DNA of 64,000 bases, from positions 1,632,001-1,696,000 of the forward strand of contig OY763415.1 in assembly GCA_963667565.1 (NCBI GenBank). The letters are read 5' to 3'. This DNA comes from Acholeplasmataceae bacterium. Lineage in GTDB: Bacteria > Bacillota_I > Bacilli_A > Acholeplasmatales > Acholeplasmataceae. Numbering within the stretch: the first letter of the stretch is position 1; each line of letters begins with the position of its first letter. Made by a program: the position numbers and the translations under genes. Under the pieces are notes generated by a model. That model saw only the letters and a list, made by a program, of their open reading frames with translations. It made no database searches and had not been told where the DNA came from. Of this stretch, positions 1 to 9,130 are shown piece by piece.

Positions 1-2
1 TC

Positions 3-824
3 CCAAGTTTTAATCCTTGGATTAAACAATTAGAAGAGGTTACGCAAATCAAAATCACTGACATTTCATCTTTGGAAGATGCGTTACTTAATCGAATGAT
101 GTTCTTTAATGACAATGGATGTAAATCTTCTGATCACTCATTTAATCACATTATGTTTGTAAAAACGACAAAAGAAGAAGTCAATTACATTTTAATTAAA
201 GCATTGCAAGATGATCATATAACTGAATTAGAACTTAAAAAATATAAAGGTTATATGTTAACTTATCTAGGTAGATGTTATAAAAAATTAAATTGGGTAC
301 AACAATATCATATAGGTGCACTTAGAAATGTTAATGAACTTATCTATCACAGATATGGAGCTGATTATGGTTATGATTCAATGAATGATCAAGGCTTTAT
401 TGAGCAGTTAAGTCAATTGTTAAATGAACAAGAAAAGACGAATGAATTACCTAAAACAATACTATATACGTTGAATCCAGCGTTTAATGAGGCAATTGTA
501 TCACTCAGTGGGTCATTTCATGAAACTGGAATAAGACAAAAGGTACAGTTCGGTAGTGGTTGGTGGTTCAATGATCAACTTGATGGTATGAACCGTCAAT
601 TAGAGGCATATTCTCAAATGAGTTTCTTAACAAATTTTGTTGGTATGACAACAGATTCTAGATCATTTTTGTCATATGTTAGACATGAGTACTTTAGAAG
701 ATTAGTTACTAATAAATTAGCTAAACTCGTCGAAAGTGGTCAATATCCTGATGATTTTGATGCGTTAAGTGAAATTGCAAAGGGTATTTGCTATAAAAAT
801 GCAGTATCATATTTTGATATTTAA
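3..824 (+). CDS. uxaC: Glucuronate/uronate isomerase, 5'-truncated by the window edge
   Basis: Frame is open from nt 3. Motifs QFGSGWWFNDQ and FVGMTTDSRSFLSYVRHEYFRR are characteristic of UxaC. Confidence 0.95.
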   Translation, partial: PSFNPWIKQLEEVTQIKITDISSLEDALLNRMMFFNDNGCKSSDHSFNHIMFVKTTKEEVNYILIKALQDDHITELELKKYKGYMLTYLGRCYKKLNWVQQYHIGALRNVNELIYHRYGADYGYDSMNDQGFIEQLSQLLNEQEKTNELPKTILYTLNPAFNEAIVSLSGSFHETGIRQKVQFGSGWWFNDQLDGMNRQLEAYSQMSFLTNFVGMTTDSRSFLSYVRHEYFRRLVTNKLAKLVESGQYPDDFDALSEIAKGICYKNAVSYFDI

Positions 825-893
825 TATAAGTAAAGTAATTTCTTTTCCTCCAACGGTTTATCGTTAACTCCAAATACTTATATTTAATATATA

Positions 894-938
894 AAGAACT
901 ATAAATGTTGATGTTTCAACTATTTATAGTTTTTTTTG
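894..938 (+). terminator. Intrinsic terminator after uxaC
   Basis: Stem aactataaat-gttga...tcaac-tatttatagtt followed by a T-run. Confidence 0.6.
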
Positions 939-1061
939 TATAAAAATGAGATAAAAAAACACCTCAATCATTTATTGATCAAGGTGATTTTATGAATCAT
1001 TGAATTTCATATTTTTATACATTCAATTTAGAATGTCAATTAAATAGTATTTACTATCGTA

Positions 1062-1919
1062 TTAAATGCCTTCTTTGTCTCTAAAACTTTGTTTAAATTG
1101 ATCCAAAACTTTTACTTGAACATCGTCATAATTACCTTTTAAAAATTGTTCAAAAGCATGTGATTTAAGCTGTTGCCAACTATTGGGTTCATGGTTTGTT
1201 ATTATAGGATAGAAATAGACATTATTTTGTTTAGCGGCATCAACATCCGGATATGCATCACCAATCATTAGAACATGTTTTGGATCATAACCTTTTTGAA
1301 TCATTTGTGAAATACATTCACCTTTTGTACCAATTTCTTGAGCTGTCATCACATCAAGATATTGAATCAAATGATGATTTGTCCACTCCTCATATATACC
1401 AGACATATTTGCACTTGAAATAAGTGCAATATCAACTTTTCCTAATGCAAATTCTAAGAATGATTTGACACCTTCAAATACAGGTTTATCTTGGTGAGAT
1501 AGTTTTGCTATTTTATCATTCGTATGATATGACCAGGTTAATGCTTGTTTTAATAAAGGATGATTAGTTTTTTCTATTTCTGCTATTAGCCCTTTATTCG
1601 ACAAATCATTTGTATTTTTTACCCAAGATTTTAATACATCTAAATCTGTAATATTTAATTCTTTTCCATTTAATTTATCTAATATGTCGACAAGTCCTAT
1701 AAAGCGATTTAAACCGCGTGTTTCGTTATATAAATTAAATTGATTCCATAAATCTTGTACATATGTTGCTTTGTCTTCCAAATGCCATGTTTCAATGAAT
1801 GCTGGTCCAAAACACAACTTGTGTTTCGCATTCATCGCATCAATAGCTGTCCCATCAGAGTCAATACAAATTAAATAATCGTGCTTTTTATTGAAAAATT
1901 TTATATCAAGGTTGTTCAT
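1062..1919 (-). CDS. HAD-superfamily hydrolase (sugar phosphatase-like)
   Basis: Motif I CIDSDGT and motif IV MIGDAYPD. Start at 1919 chosen from the gaaggga RBS; the ORF track starts at 1967. Confidence 0.8.
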   Translation of the reverse strand: MNNLDIKFFNKKHDYLICIDSDGTAIDAMNAKHKLCFGPAFIETWHLEDKATYVQDLWNQFNLYNETRGLNRFIGLVDILDKLNGKELNITDLDVLKSWVKNTNDLSNKGLIAEIEKTNHPLLKQALTWSYHTNDKIAKLSHQDKPVFEGVKSFLEFALGKVDIALISSANMSGIYEEWTNHHLIQYLDVMTAQEIGTKGECISQMIQKGYDPKHVLMIGDAYPDVDAAKQNNVYFYPIITNHEPNSWQQLKSHAFEQFLKGNYDDVQVKVLDQFKQSFRDKEGI

Positions 1920-2480
1920 AGTAAAAAGTCCCTTCATTTTATATTTTCTATCCATTTTCTCTATCATTAAGGCATAAAATTTTAATAACTTCTATATATA
2001 TATTATACGATATTTAGGCATGAACTTGCAAGCACAGGTGCATCTACATGTGCCTTATATTTTATGTTTTTTTGATTTATCAAGAGATGCCATTTTTGAA
2101 AGAAGATATGGATGCGTATATGTATGTTTGAATCATGAACATATATGCCATAAATGGCTCTGTTAATAGGTTTATTGTTATCAACTTTTATAATCAACGA
2201 CCACTTTAACATTTCCCATATTTGATGTAGATCATAGACATATTTCACGATAAGATTTAGTGAAATCCATTTGAGCTTTTTGGTGTTTTCATCTAAATGA
2301 CTAAAGTTATAAGTATACATCATTTTTTGTTTAAGCAGATCAATTTATGATAGTGTTGTCTTTAAATTAAAAAATAAAACACTAAGCGACTATGCAATAA
2401 ATAATACATTAAGATTATTGCGTATAATCAAGTTGATTTCATATCAATCATGGATACATATTAATGCTAATTTAGATATT

Positions 2481-2569
2481 CAATTATGCAATAAAAACTA
2501 CCAATTATGCGATAGCACACACATATCAAAATAAGAGTGCTAATATAAAGATAAATGAAAGCGGTTTTA
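2481..2569 (+). promoter_or_regulatory. Promoter with 21-bp-period direct repeats, extended -10 and a cre/LacI-like operator (copy A)
   Basis: caattatgcRata at 2481 and 2502; TGcTAATAT at 2538-2546; TGAAAGCGGTTTTA at 2556-2569. 83/89 nt identical to the reverse complement of 20096-20184. Confidence 0.7.
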
Positions 2570-2966
2570 ATACCATTAAATACGGTTTAATTGCTGTTCC
2601 TATAGATACGTTTGAATCAATGCATGAAGTATAATTATCTTTTGGTTTATAACATCTTAATTCAATGATTTATGTCATTTAACATTTGATGTGACTTGTA
2701 ATAATAACTCTAATTTCGTAAGAAATAAAAATGGACATGATTGTATTAAAATAAATATTCTTTAACATAAAAAGAGTATTTATCGCAGCACATGTGTTTT
2801 GTGATTTTTTTAGTATACAAGACAATTTTAAAATTCACTTAAATAAGTACTTAATTGAAGTAAAAAAACTTTGTGAAATAAAAATATTTTAAAGGAGAAA
2901 TGAAAAATGAAGAAAATTTTTACCCTAGTTTTATCATTGATTATGGTTTTTGCTTTTGTGGCATGC
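2481..2966 (+). repeat. Diverged inverted repeat, copy A (promoter + ~340 nt leader + RBS + lipoprotein signal peptide)
   Basis: Colinear similarity to the reverse complement of 19682-20184. Signal peptides MKKIFTLVLSLIMVFAFVAC vs MKKVITLALSLIMVFTLVAC. Confidence 0.85.
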
Positions 2967-3983
2967 AAAGACGAACCAGATACACCAGATACACCAGATG
3001 TTCCAAAAGAATACATTACAGAAAAACCAGTTGGTGGGACAGACATCATTACTAAGGAAGCTACCGAAAAAGGGACGATAGTGGAAATCTACTATGATAC
3101 AAGAGCATATTACGTAGAAGCAGAATATCCTGATGCAGGTGAAATTGACGTTAATAAACGTGCATATGTTTATCTCCCATATGGTTATGATGCAAATGAT
3201 ACATCAACTAAATATAATGTTTTGTACCTTCTACATGGAAGCGGACTTAATGAAGGTTACTGGTTCAAACAAGGTACATATGCCTCTGATACATCAGTTT
3301 ACACGATGGGATATGGAACTAATAATGTAGTTGATAATCTAATTCAAGAAGGAAAAGCAGCAAAAACAATCATTGTTACACCTCATCTATATGCAAGCGA
3401 TAGTTTATCTGATGATTATTACACTGCAGGGCCAAAACCAGGAGCTTCAATACCGGGTTACGTGGTTGACAATAACAGTTTAAATGTAATATTGAATTTT
3501 GGTAAAGAGTTAGTCAACGATTTGATGCCATATATTGCTAATCATTTTAACACATATGCTGTATCAGGTAGTTCAGAAGATTTAATAGCAGCACGTGACC
3601 ATCAAGCTTATGTAGGTTTATCATTAGGATCTATGACAAGTTATGGCTCAATTTTCAGCTATTGTCTTGACTATATTTCATATATTGGATCTTTATCTGG
3701 AGGTCCAATGGGTATTACTACAGACGAAATTATCAGTAATTATAATACAAATTATTCTAACGATCATATAAACTATTGGTTTGTAAGCTGTGGCTCATCA
3801 GAATACAGTGATGACTCATTAACACCATATTTGGCTATCAAGAATGCATTAAACATGCAATCTGGAAGCGATATTGCAAATGGTGATAATTGCGAGTATG
3901 TGGTTGTTAGTGGTACAGCTCACAACTATGCGACTTGGATAACTGGATTATATAGTTTAATGCAAATATTCTTTATGAAATAA
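2907..3983 (+). CDS. Lipoprotein alpha/beta-hydrolase, putative carbohydrate esterase (CE1/Esterase-like)
   Basis: Lipobox FVAC; VYLPYGYD; YNVLYLLHG; nucleophile GLSLG; AHNY histidine. Paralog of 6002..7243. Confidence 0.8.
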   Translation: MKKIFTLVLSLIMVFAFVACKDEPDTPDTPDVPKEYITEKPVGGTDIITKEATEKGTIVEIYYDTRAYYVEAEYPDAGEIDVNKRAYVYLPYGYDANDTSTKYNVLYLLHGSGLNEGYWFKQGTYASDTSVYTMGYGTNNVVDNLIQEGKAAKTIIVTPHLYASDSLSDDYYTAGPKPGASIPGYVVDNNSLNVILNFGKELVNDLMPYIANHFNTYAVSGSSEDLIAARDHQAYVGLSLGSMTSYGSIFSYCLDYISYIGSLSGGPMGITTDEIISNYNTNYSNDHINYWFVSCGSSEYSDDSLTPYLAIKNALNMQSGSDIANGDNCEYVVVSGTAHNYATWITGLYSLMQIFFMK

Positions 3984-4007
3984 CATTCAAAAAACGCTCA
4001 TTAAGAT

Positions 4008-4038
4008 AAACAACGACATTCTAATGTCGTTGTTTTTA
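4008..4038 (+). terminator. Intrinsic terminator
   Basis: aacaacgacatt-ct-aatgtcgttgtt followed by a T-run. Confidence 0.75.
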
Positions 4039-4115
4039 TTTGATATGAGCATTGTTTTTTAACAAGGATTCATTATGTTTGGCTAAAGATATGTATGTAA
4101 TCTAATGATTATAGT

Positions 4116-4157
4116 AAAACAGACTGTATACCTAATTTAGTATACAGTCTGTTTTTT
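4116..4157. terminator. Bidirectional terminator between convergent hydrolase genes
   Basis: aaaacagactgtatac-N8-gtatacagtctgtttt. Confidence 0.7.
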
Positions 4158-5058
4158 TAAAGATAATTATAAACGTTTTATTTTGTTGATTTGTATGACC
4201 GAAAATGTAGTCTTCTATGACTTGGATACGTAATGCTTTTCCTTCAGTAGAAAGTGCATCATGTGATCCACCCTCTGTTTCATAGTATTCACAAATACCT
4301 GTGTCCCTAGTATTATATAGTTCATAGGTTGCTCTTGATAGCTCAGATGAGAATATTTCATCACCAGTAGCATGAAACATAATAAAGTCACCAGTATATG
4401 CTAATAATCGTTGATCCCAAGTTTGTCCATCTTGAATTGTATACTGAGGGAACTCATTGTCAGCAAATCCTGCTTGAGATTCAGTAAATCCAGATGCTGT
4501 AATAATGATACCAGCAATATATTGTTGGAAATACTCAGCTGAAAGCATGATTGTAATACCGCCCATTGATTCTCCATAGAAGTAAATCTTATCTTGATCA
4601 ACCCAGGGAAGAGATTGAACATATTTAAGCATAGTATTAAGATCTGAAGCACGTGAAGTCACTGTAGCACTACCATCATCAGACTTAGTGCTATCTGATG
4701 CACCGCGGCATCCAAAAGTGATTGCTGAAATGTTTTTACCAGTGAATTCTTTTGCAAGACTTGATAGCATCAGTTCATCTCCGCCTGCACCATGAACACA
4801 AATGACTATAGGAAGCTTATCACCGCTCTCCTTATCAAAGTCTTTTGGAAGATATTCAATGCCATAAACTTTGCCATCCGCTTCATCATTCCAAGCATAG
4901 AATTCGTAAGAAACACCAGTAGGATAGTCCTGTAATTTACCCATGAACTTTGGATAACTATCTGGTCCATCTGTAGGCGTTTTTTCATCTCCACATGCGG
5001 CAAGAGAAAATATCGATATTATCATTAAAGTAATTACGAATAATTTTTTCATGATCAC
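4132..5058 (-). CDS. Lipoprotein alpha/beta-hydrolase (esterase/peptidase S9-like)
   Basis: Lipobox LAAC; CVHGAGG; nucleophile GESMGG; HATGD; GGSH. Confidence 0.8.
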   Translation of the reverse strand: MIMKKLFVITLMIISIFSLAACGDEKTPTDGPDSYPKFMGKLQDYPTGVSYEFYAWNDEADGKVYGIEYLPKDFDKESGDKLPIVICVHGAGGDELMLSSLAKEFTGKNISAITFGCRGASDSTKSDDGSATVTSRASDLNTMLKYVQSLPWVDQDKIYFYGESMGGITIMLSAEYFQQYIAGIIITASGFTESQAGFADNEFPQYTIQDGQTWDQRLLAYTGDFIMFHATGDEIFSSELSRATYELYNTRDTGICEYYETEGGSHDALSTEGKALRIQVIEDYIFGHTNQQNKTFIIIFKKTDCILN

Positions 5059-5162
5059 CTATAGTGTATTTAGTAAAGCATATGTTATACATACTAAATA
5101 CATCATCCTTTCTTTTTTATATTTGTCATAGATTTTGTTAATTGTCATTAAATGATATCTAG

Positions 5163-6005
5163 TTAATGTAACATGGCATAAGCTGAATATTCGTCTGCAA
5201 TAAGTACATCACATTGTTGACTTAAATACATAAAGTAAGCTTCTGCATCAGTATCATACTCAACAATTGTCGCTCCACTGTTTTTTAAAACTCCGCTTTC
5301 GATAGCCTCTTTGATAAGTTCACTACCAGTTCTTCCTTTTAAAACACCAATAACTTTTCCTTTAAGGTCAGATAATTCACTGAAATTCTCAGCTGAATCA
5401 GAAATGATTTGCTGATATCCCTTAGAATACACATCGCTAACATAAAAGTCTGTCTCTACTTGTTCACTTAAAGCAACACCGGTTGCTAAAATATCTGCAT
5501 TTCCATTTTTTACATAATCATATGCTGTTTCATATGGGAAATCTCTTACAAGTGGCTTCATTTCAAGGTTATCAGCAAGCATAACCATAAGATACATATC
5601 AACGCCATCAACACCGTTTCCATAAGCCCCTGAAAACTGATAGGGACTAAAAACAGAAGTAAGAATGTTAATAGGATTACCCTCGTTATCAAGGATATTA
5701 AGTTCTCCTAAAAAATCTTCACTCCAAGTTGTTCTATTTAGATATCGTGTCATCAAATCATCACAATCTAGGGAATTTATAATCTTATTAATCTCAGTGA
5801 GATAAAGATTGGCATTTGGAGATTCTTTTGAGATACAGATGACATATTCAGTTTGTGCTACATCTTCAATTTTGTTTGATACAAGATTACCAGTTTTCAC
5901 AATTTCTTTTTCTTGACAGCCTGAGATGAAAAATGCTGTGAAAATCAATAGTGTAATCGCAAATATGATTGAAGTATATCTAGATGTTTTTTTATTTATT
6001 GTCAT
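5163..6005 (-). CDS. Family-3 (polar amino acid type) solute-binding lipoprotein, apparently circularly permuted
   Basis: Lipobox ISGC; SPYQF..GVD; ADILATG; DLKGKVIGV; CDVLIAD. The usual C-terminal segment appears at the N-terminus. Confidence 0.75.
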   Translation of the reverse strand: MTINKKTSRYTSIIFAITLLIFTAFFISGCQEKEIVKTGNLVSNKIEDVAQTEYVICISKESPNANLYLTEINKIINSLDCDDLMTRYLNRTTWSEDFLGELNILDNEGNPINILTSVFSPYQFSGAYGNGVDGVDMYLMVMLADNLEMKPLVRDFPYETAYDYVKNGNADILATGVALSEQVETDFYVSDVYSKGYQQIISDSAENFSELSDLKGKVIGVLKGRTGSELIKEAIESGVLKNSGATIVEYDTDAEAYFMYLSQQCDVLIADEYSAYAMLH

Positions 6006-7243
6006 GATTTAAAAAATACCAACATAAGATTATAAAGGTTTGTGACCCAAGTTGCATAGTTGTGAGCTGTTCCATTAACTACAATAAATTCAATTTGATC
6101 TCCACCTGCAATATCGCTTCCTTCATTCCAGTGCATTGCATTTTTGACTGTCAACATTTGACTATCCGCAGCTTCCGGACCTTCTTGAGAACCGCAGCTA
6201 ATGAAAACATAGTTTACAGGATATTGTTCTTCTTTGGCTTGCATATTTGCAATTTGAGATTCTCCAGGTGTACCAGCTGATTCATATGCAAAATAAGAAA
6301 TGTATTCAAGGCAATTAAGAAGAACGGAATTAACACTTCCTCCACCACGTGATAAACCTGTGAAACCCACATGATCACGTGCAGCCTTAAGATCTGCATC
6401 ATCAGTAGAAGCAGCATAAGTGTTGAAATTTTCAACAACATAAGGCATTAAATGGTATAACCATTCTTTCCAGTAAACAGAGTCAGTACCTTCTTTTGAT
6501 TCACCAATTCCAAGTCTGTAGCCTAAATCATTTTCTGGATCGACATATCCACTATAGAGATTACCTTGTTCAGCAGTACCACCAACATAATTAGGATTAT
6601 CTGGATCACCACTATATTCACCATTGTAATATTGATACATTGTCATACCGACAAAAATAGTATCTTCACAAAGGTTGTTTTCAAGCATATAATCTAACAT
6701 GTTTTCTGTGCCATATCCACCTGTATATGCTGATTGATTTTCTTCCCAAGCATATGAGCCTTGAGCAAACCAGTATCCCTCATTTAATTTATTTCCGTGC
6801 ATCATATAAAGAACATTATATTTTTTTGAAGTATCGTTTTTATCATATCCGTAAGGAAGATACACATAGGCACGTTTATAAATCCAAAGTTCATCACCTT
6901 CGTTATAACCAGGAAGATTTCTTTCTTCTACACCATATGCTCTTGTTCTATACCAAAAATATTCAATTGTACCTTGATTTTGTTGATCTGTCAAAAGAAT
7001 TTCTGGAGAACTTAACATAGGTTCTTGTCTAAATACTGTAGTTTCACCGCACATTGTACATTGCCCATCTACAAAATTGTGATGTACAGTTGAACCATCT
7101 TCACTACCTGTAATTACATGTGTTTCTTGGTCGTGTGTTTTTTTGATAGGTGTAGTTTCTTCCCCACATGCCATCAAAGAGAACGTTAACATCAAAGCCA
7201 AAAAAACACTCATTAAAGTTTTTAAAACATTTGTTTTTCTCAT
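6002..7243 (-). CDS. Lipoprotein alpha/beta-hydrolase, putative carbohydrate esterase
   Basis: Lipobox LMAC; HHNFVDGQCTMCG motif; AYVYLPYGYD; GLSRGG; AHNYATW. Start at 7243 follows RBS gagggagag. Confidence 0.8.
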   Translation of the reverse strand: MRKTNVLKTLMSVFLALMLTFSLMACGEETTPIKKTHDQETHVITGSEDGSTVHHNFVDGQCTMCGETTVFRQEPMLSSPEILLTDQQNQGTIEYFWYRTRAYGVEERNLPGYNEGDELWIYKRAYVYLPYGYDKNDTSKKYNVLYMMHGNKLNEGYWFAQGSYAWEENQSAYTGGYGTENMLDYMLENNLCEDTIFVGMTMYQYYNGEYSGDPDNPNYVGGTAEQGNLYSGYVDPENDLGYRLGIGESKEGTDSVYWKEWLYHLMPYVVENFNTYAASTDDADLKAARDHVGFTGLSRGGGSVNSVLLNCLEYISYFAYESAGTPGESQIANMQAKEEQYPVNYVFISCGSQEGPEAADSQMLTVKNAMHWNEGSDIAGGDQIEFIVVNGTAHNYATWVTNLYNLMLVFFKS

Positions 7244-7362
7244 TTTTATACTCTCCCTCTTATTTTTATGAACAATATGTTCAATCATATATACATTTAG
7301 ACGTTTTCATCATAGAATAAGTTTACATTTAATGCACTACAATAGACATATGTATCATCATT

Positions 7363-8196
7363 TCACGCGTTAGCTTTTGCAACGATGAGCATTGCTGATA
7401 GATAATCTATCATGAGAACATCGCACATTTCGGTGTGAAGCATCGATTCTGCTTCTGCATCTGTTTCACATGCCAAAATAGTTGCTCCACTATTTTTTAA
7501 TAAGCCATTTGCAATCGCTTCAGAGACAATTTTTTCACTATCTCTGCCTTTAACAACCCCGATGACTTTGCCTTTAAGATCTGATAAATCAGTAAAATTT
7601 TCATTTGCATCTGATATAATTTGTTGTTTACCAGTTAAGTAAACTTCACTCACTAAAAAGTCATTTCTTATCTCGTTAGAAAGCGAAATACCGCCTGTAA
7701 ATATATCTGCATGACCGTTTTTTACTTCGTTATATGAATAAGAATATACTCGGTCATAAGTGATAAGTTTTTTATTGAGGTTTTCAGCAACATGAAGCAT
7801 AATGTATGCATCTATTCCGTCAGTATAGGCTCCACCTGCACCTGAATAATTAAATGGTTCTAATGTTACAGTCATTACTCTTAAATCGCCACCAGTATTA
7901 TCATTCAAGTTATACATATAGTTTTCTAAAGTCTTAAAGGATCTTCTATTTTTATAGTCGCTATATTTTATTGCAATATCATTCATATCGATTTCTGAAA
8001 TCGAATCGTTAACGGCCTTTAGTATCTTATCTGCATCTGGAATATTTTTGGATATACAGATAACATACTCCGTTTCTGAAAAACCAATTAAATCGTTAGT
8101 CACTAATTCACCACTCTTGGATAGTGATTTGGAGTCTAGACATGAGCTTAGAATAAAAGCTGAAAAGATAAACATAAGTATTAATATTTTTTTCAT
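7363..8196 (-). CDS. Family-3 solute-binding lipoprotein, apparently circularly permuted
   Basis: Lipobox LSSC; LRVMTVTLEPFNY; DGID; DLKGKVIGV; CDVLMID. Paralog of 5163..6005. Confidence 0.75.
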   Translation of the reverse strand: MKKILILMFIFSAFILSSCLDSKSLSKSGELVTNDLIGFSETEYVICISKNIPDADKILKAVNDSISEIDMNDIAIKYSDYKNRRSFKTLENYMYNLNDNTGGDLRVMTVTLEPFNYSGAGGAYTDGIDAYIMLHVAENLNKKLITYDRVYSYSYNEVKNGHADIFTGGISLSNEIRNDFLVSEVYLTGKQQIISDANENFTDLSDLKGKVIGVVKGRDSEKIVSEAIANGLLKNSGATILACETDAEAESMLHTEMCDVLMIDYLSAMLIVAKANA

Positions 8197-8213
8197 ATGA
8201 TGTCCCTCTATAT

Positions 8214-9032
8214 TTATGCTGTAATGATGCCCATCTCAATTAAATATTGATTAATATCATCCATACATTTTTCGTAATCGCTAGGTTGAAAACTATGTGG
8301 AGCATCCTCAATGATATACAATGTCATTCGATTTTCACCAAAATAATCAAATAAATCAGTAACCACTTTTTCATTTACAGCATCATCTGCTGTACCCCAA
8401 AGTACAATAAACTTCTTATTGAAATGATCAAACTCTTCATAAGGATCAACTGAACCGTCATTTGCCATAATGGCTGGAGCTTGTAAGATGACTGCTTGAA
8501 TATCTTGGACGCATCTTCCAGCAGTAACAGAAGTAACAAGACCACCAAAACTTGAACCAAATAGCGCAATTTTAGATGCATCTATAAAACTCATTTGTTT
8601 AAAGTCTTCGATAATTGCTGTTAAATCAGATACCTCAGTCAATACTGTCATATCTTCAAAATTACCATCGCTTTTAGAGAGTACTGAACCACCACAAAAA
8701 TCAAATGTGTAACAAAGTATTCCATGGGCAACCACATTTTTCACAAGAGAATTAGTTTGATCTGCACCAGTGGCATTATATCCATGACTCATGATAAGGA
8801 TAGGATACGCTTTATGTTCATCAAAATTAGAAGGGCGATAAATATGTCCAAATATCTCCAAATCTCCATTTTTGACCCAGTGAATAACACTAGAAAAATC
8901 TTTGTAGTCTTCTTCATAACCTTCACTCATTGAATAAGGTCTGTCAGGTGTGACAGGTGATTCCTCACTACATCCTGTTAATATAGTAACGATTGAAAGC
9001 ATGGATAGTATTATGATAATAAATTTTTTCAT
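8214..9032 (-). CDS. Lipoprotein alpha/beta-hydrolase (cinnamoyl/feruloyl esterase-like)
   Basis: Lipobox LTGC; MSHGY; YTFDFCGG..SDG; TEVSDL; GSSFGG; WGTAD; APHSF. Confidence 0.8.
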   Translation of the reverse strand: MKKFIIIILSMLSIVTILTGCSEESPVTPDRPYSMSEGYEEDYKDFSSVIHWVKNGDLEIFGHIYRPSNFDEHKAYPILIMSHGYNATGADQTNSLVKNVVAHGILCYTFDFCGGSVLSKSDGNFEDMTVLTEVSDLTAIIEDFKQMSFIDASKIALFGSSFGGLVTSVTAGRCVQDIQAVILQAPAIMANDGSVDPYEEFDHFNKKFIVLWGTADDAVNEKVVTDLFDYFGENRMTLYIIEDAPHSFQPSDYEKCMDDINQYLIEMGIITA

Positions 9033-9130
9033 TTTTCTCCCCTTATGAAATATGTGTATGTGTTTATTAAGCTATGTCATATGTATAGTTAAAATTATTT
9101 TAAATCATGACCATTTATTGAAATCAAGTG

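Noticed and set aside
2003..2323. 106-aa minus-strand ORF
   Set aside because: No convincing RBS or recognisable motif; probably a chance ORF or unidentifiable decayed sequence.
2974..3005. Tandem ccagataca repeat (PDTPDTPD)
   Set aside because: In-frame 9-bp proline linker after the lipobox; not a phase-variation tract.
4132..4200. Hydrolase C-terminus running into the terminator hairpin (possible lost stop codon)
   Set aside because: The catalytic domain is complete, and this cannot be judged without homologs.
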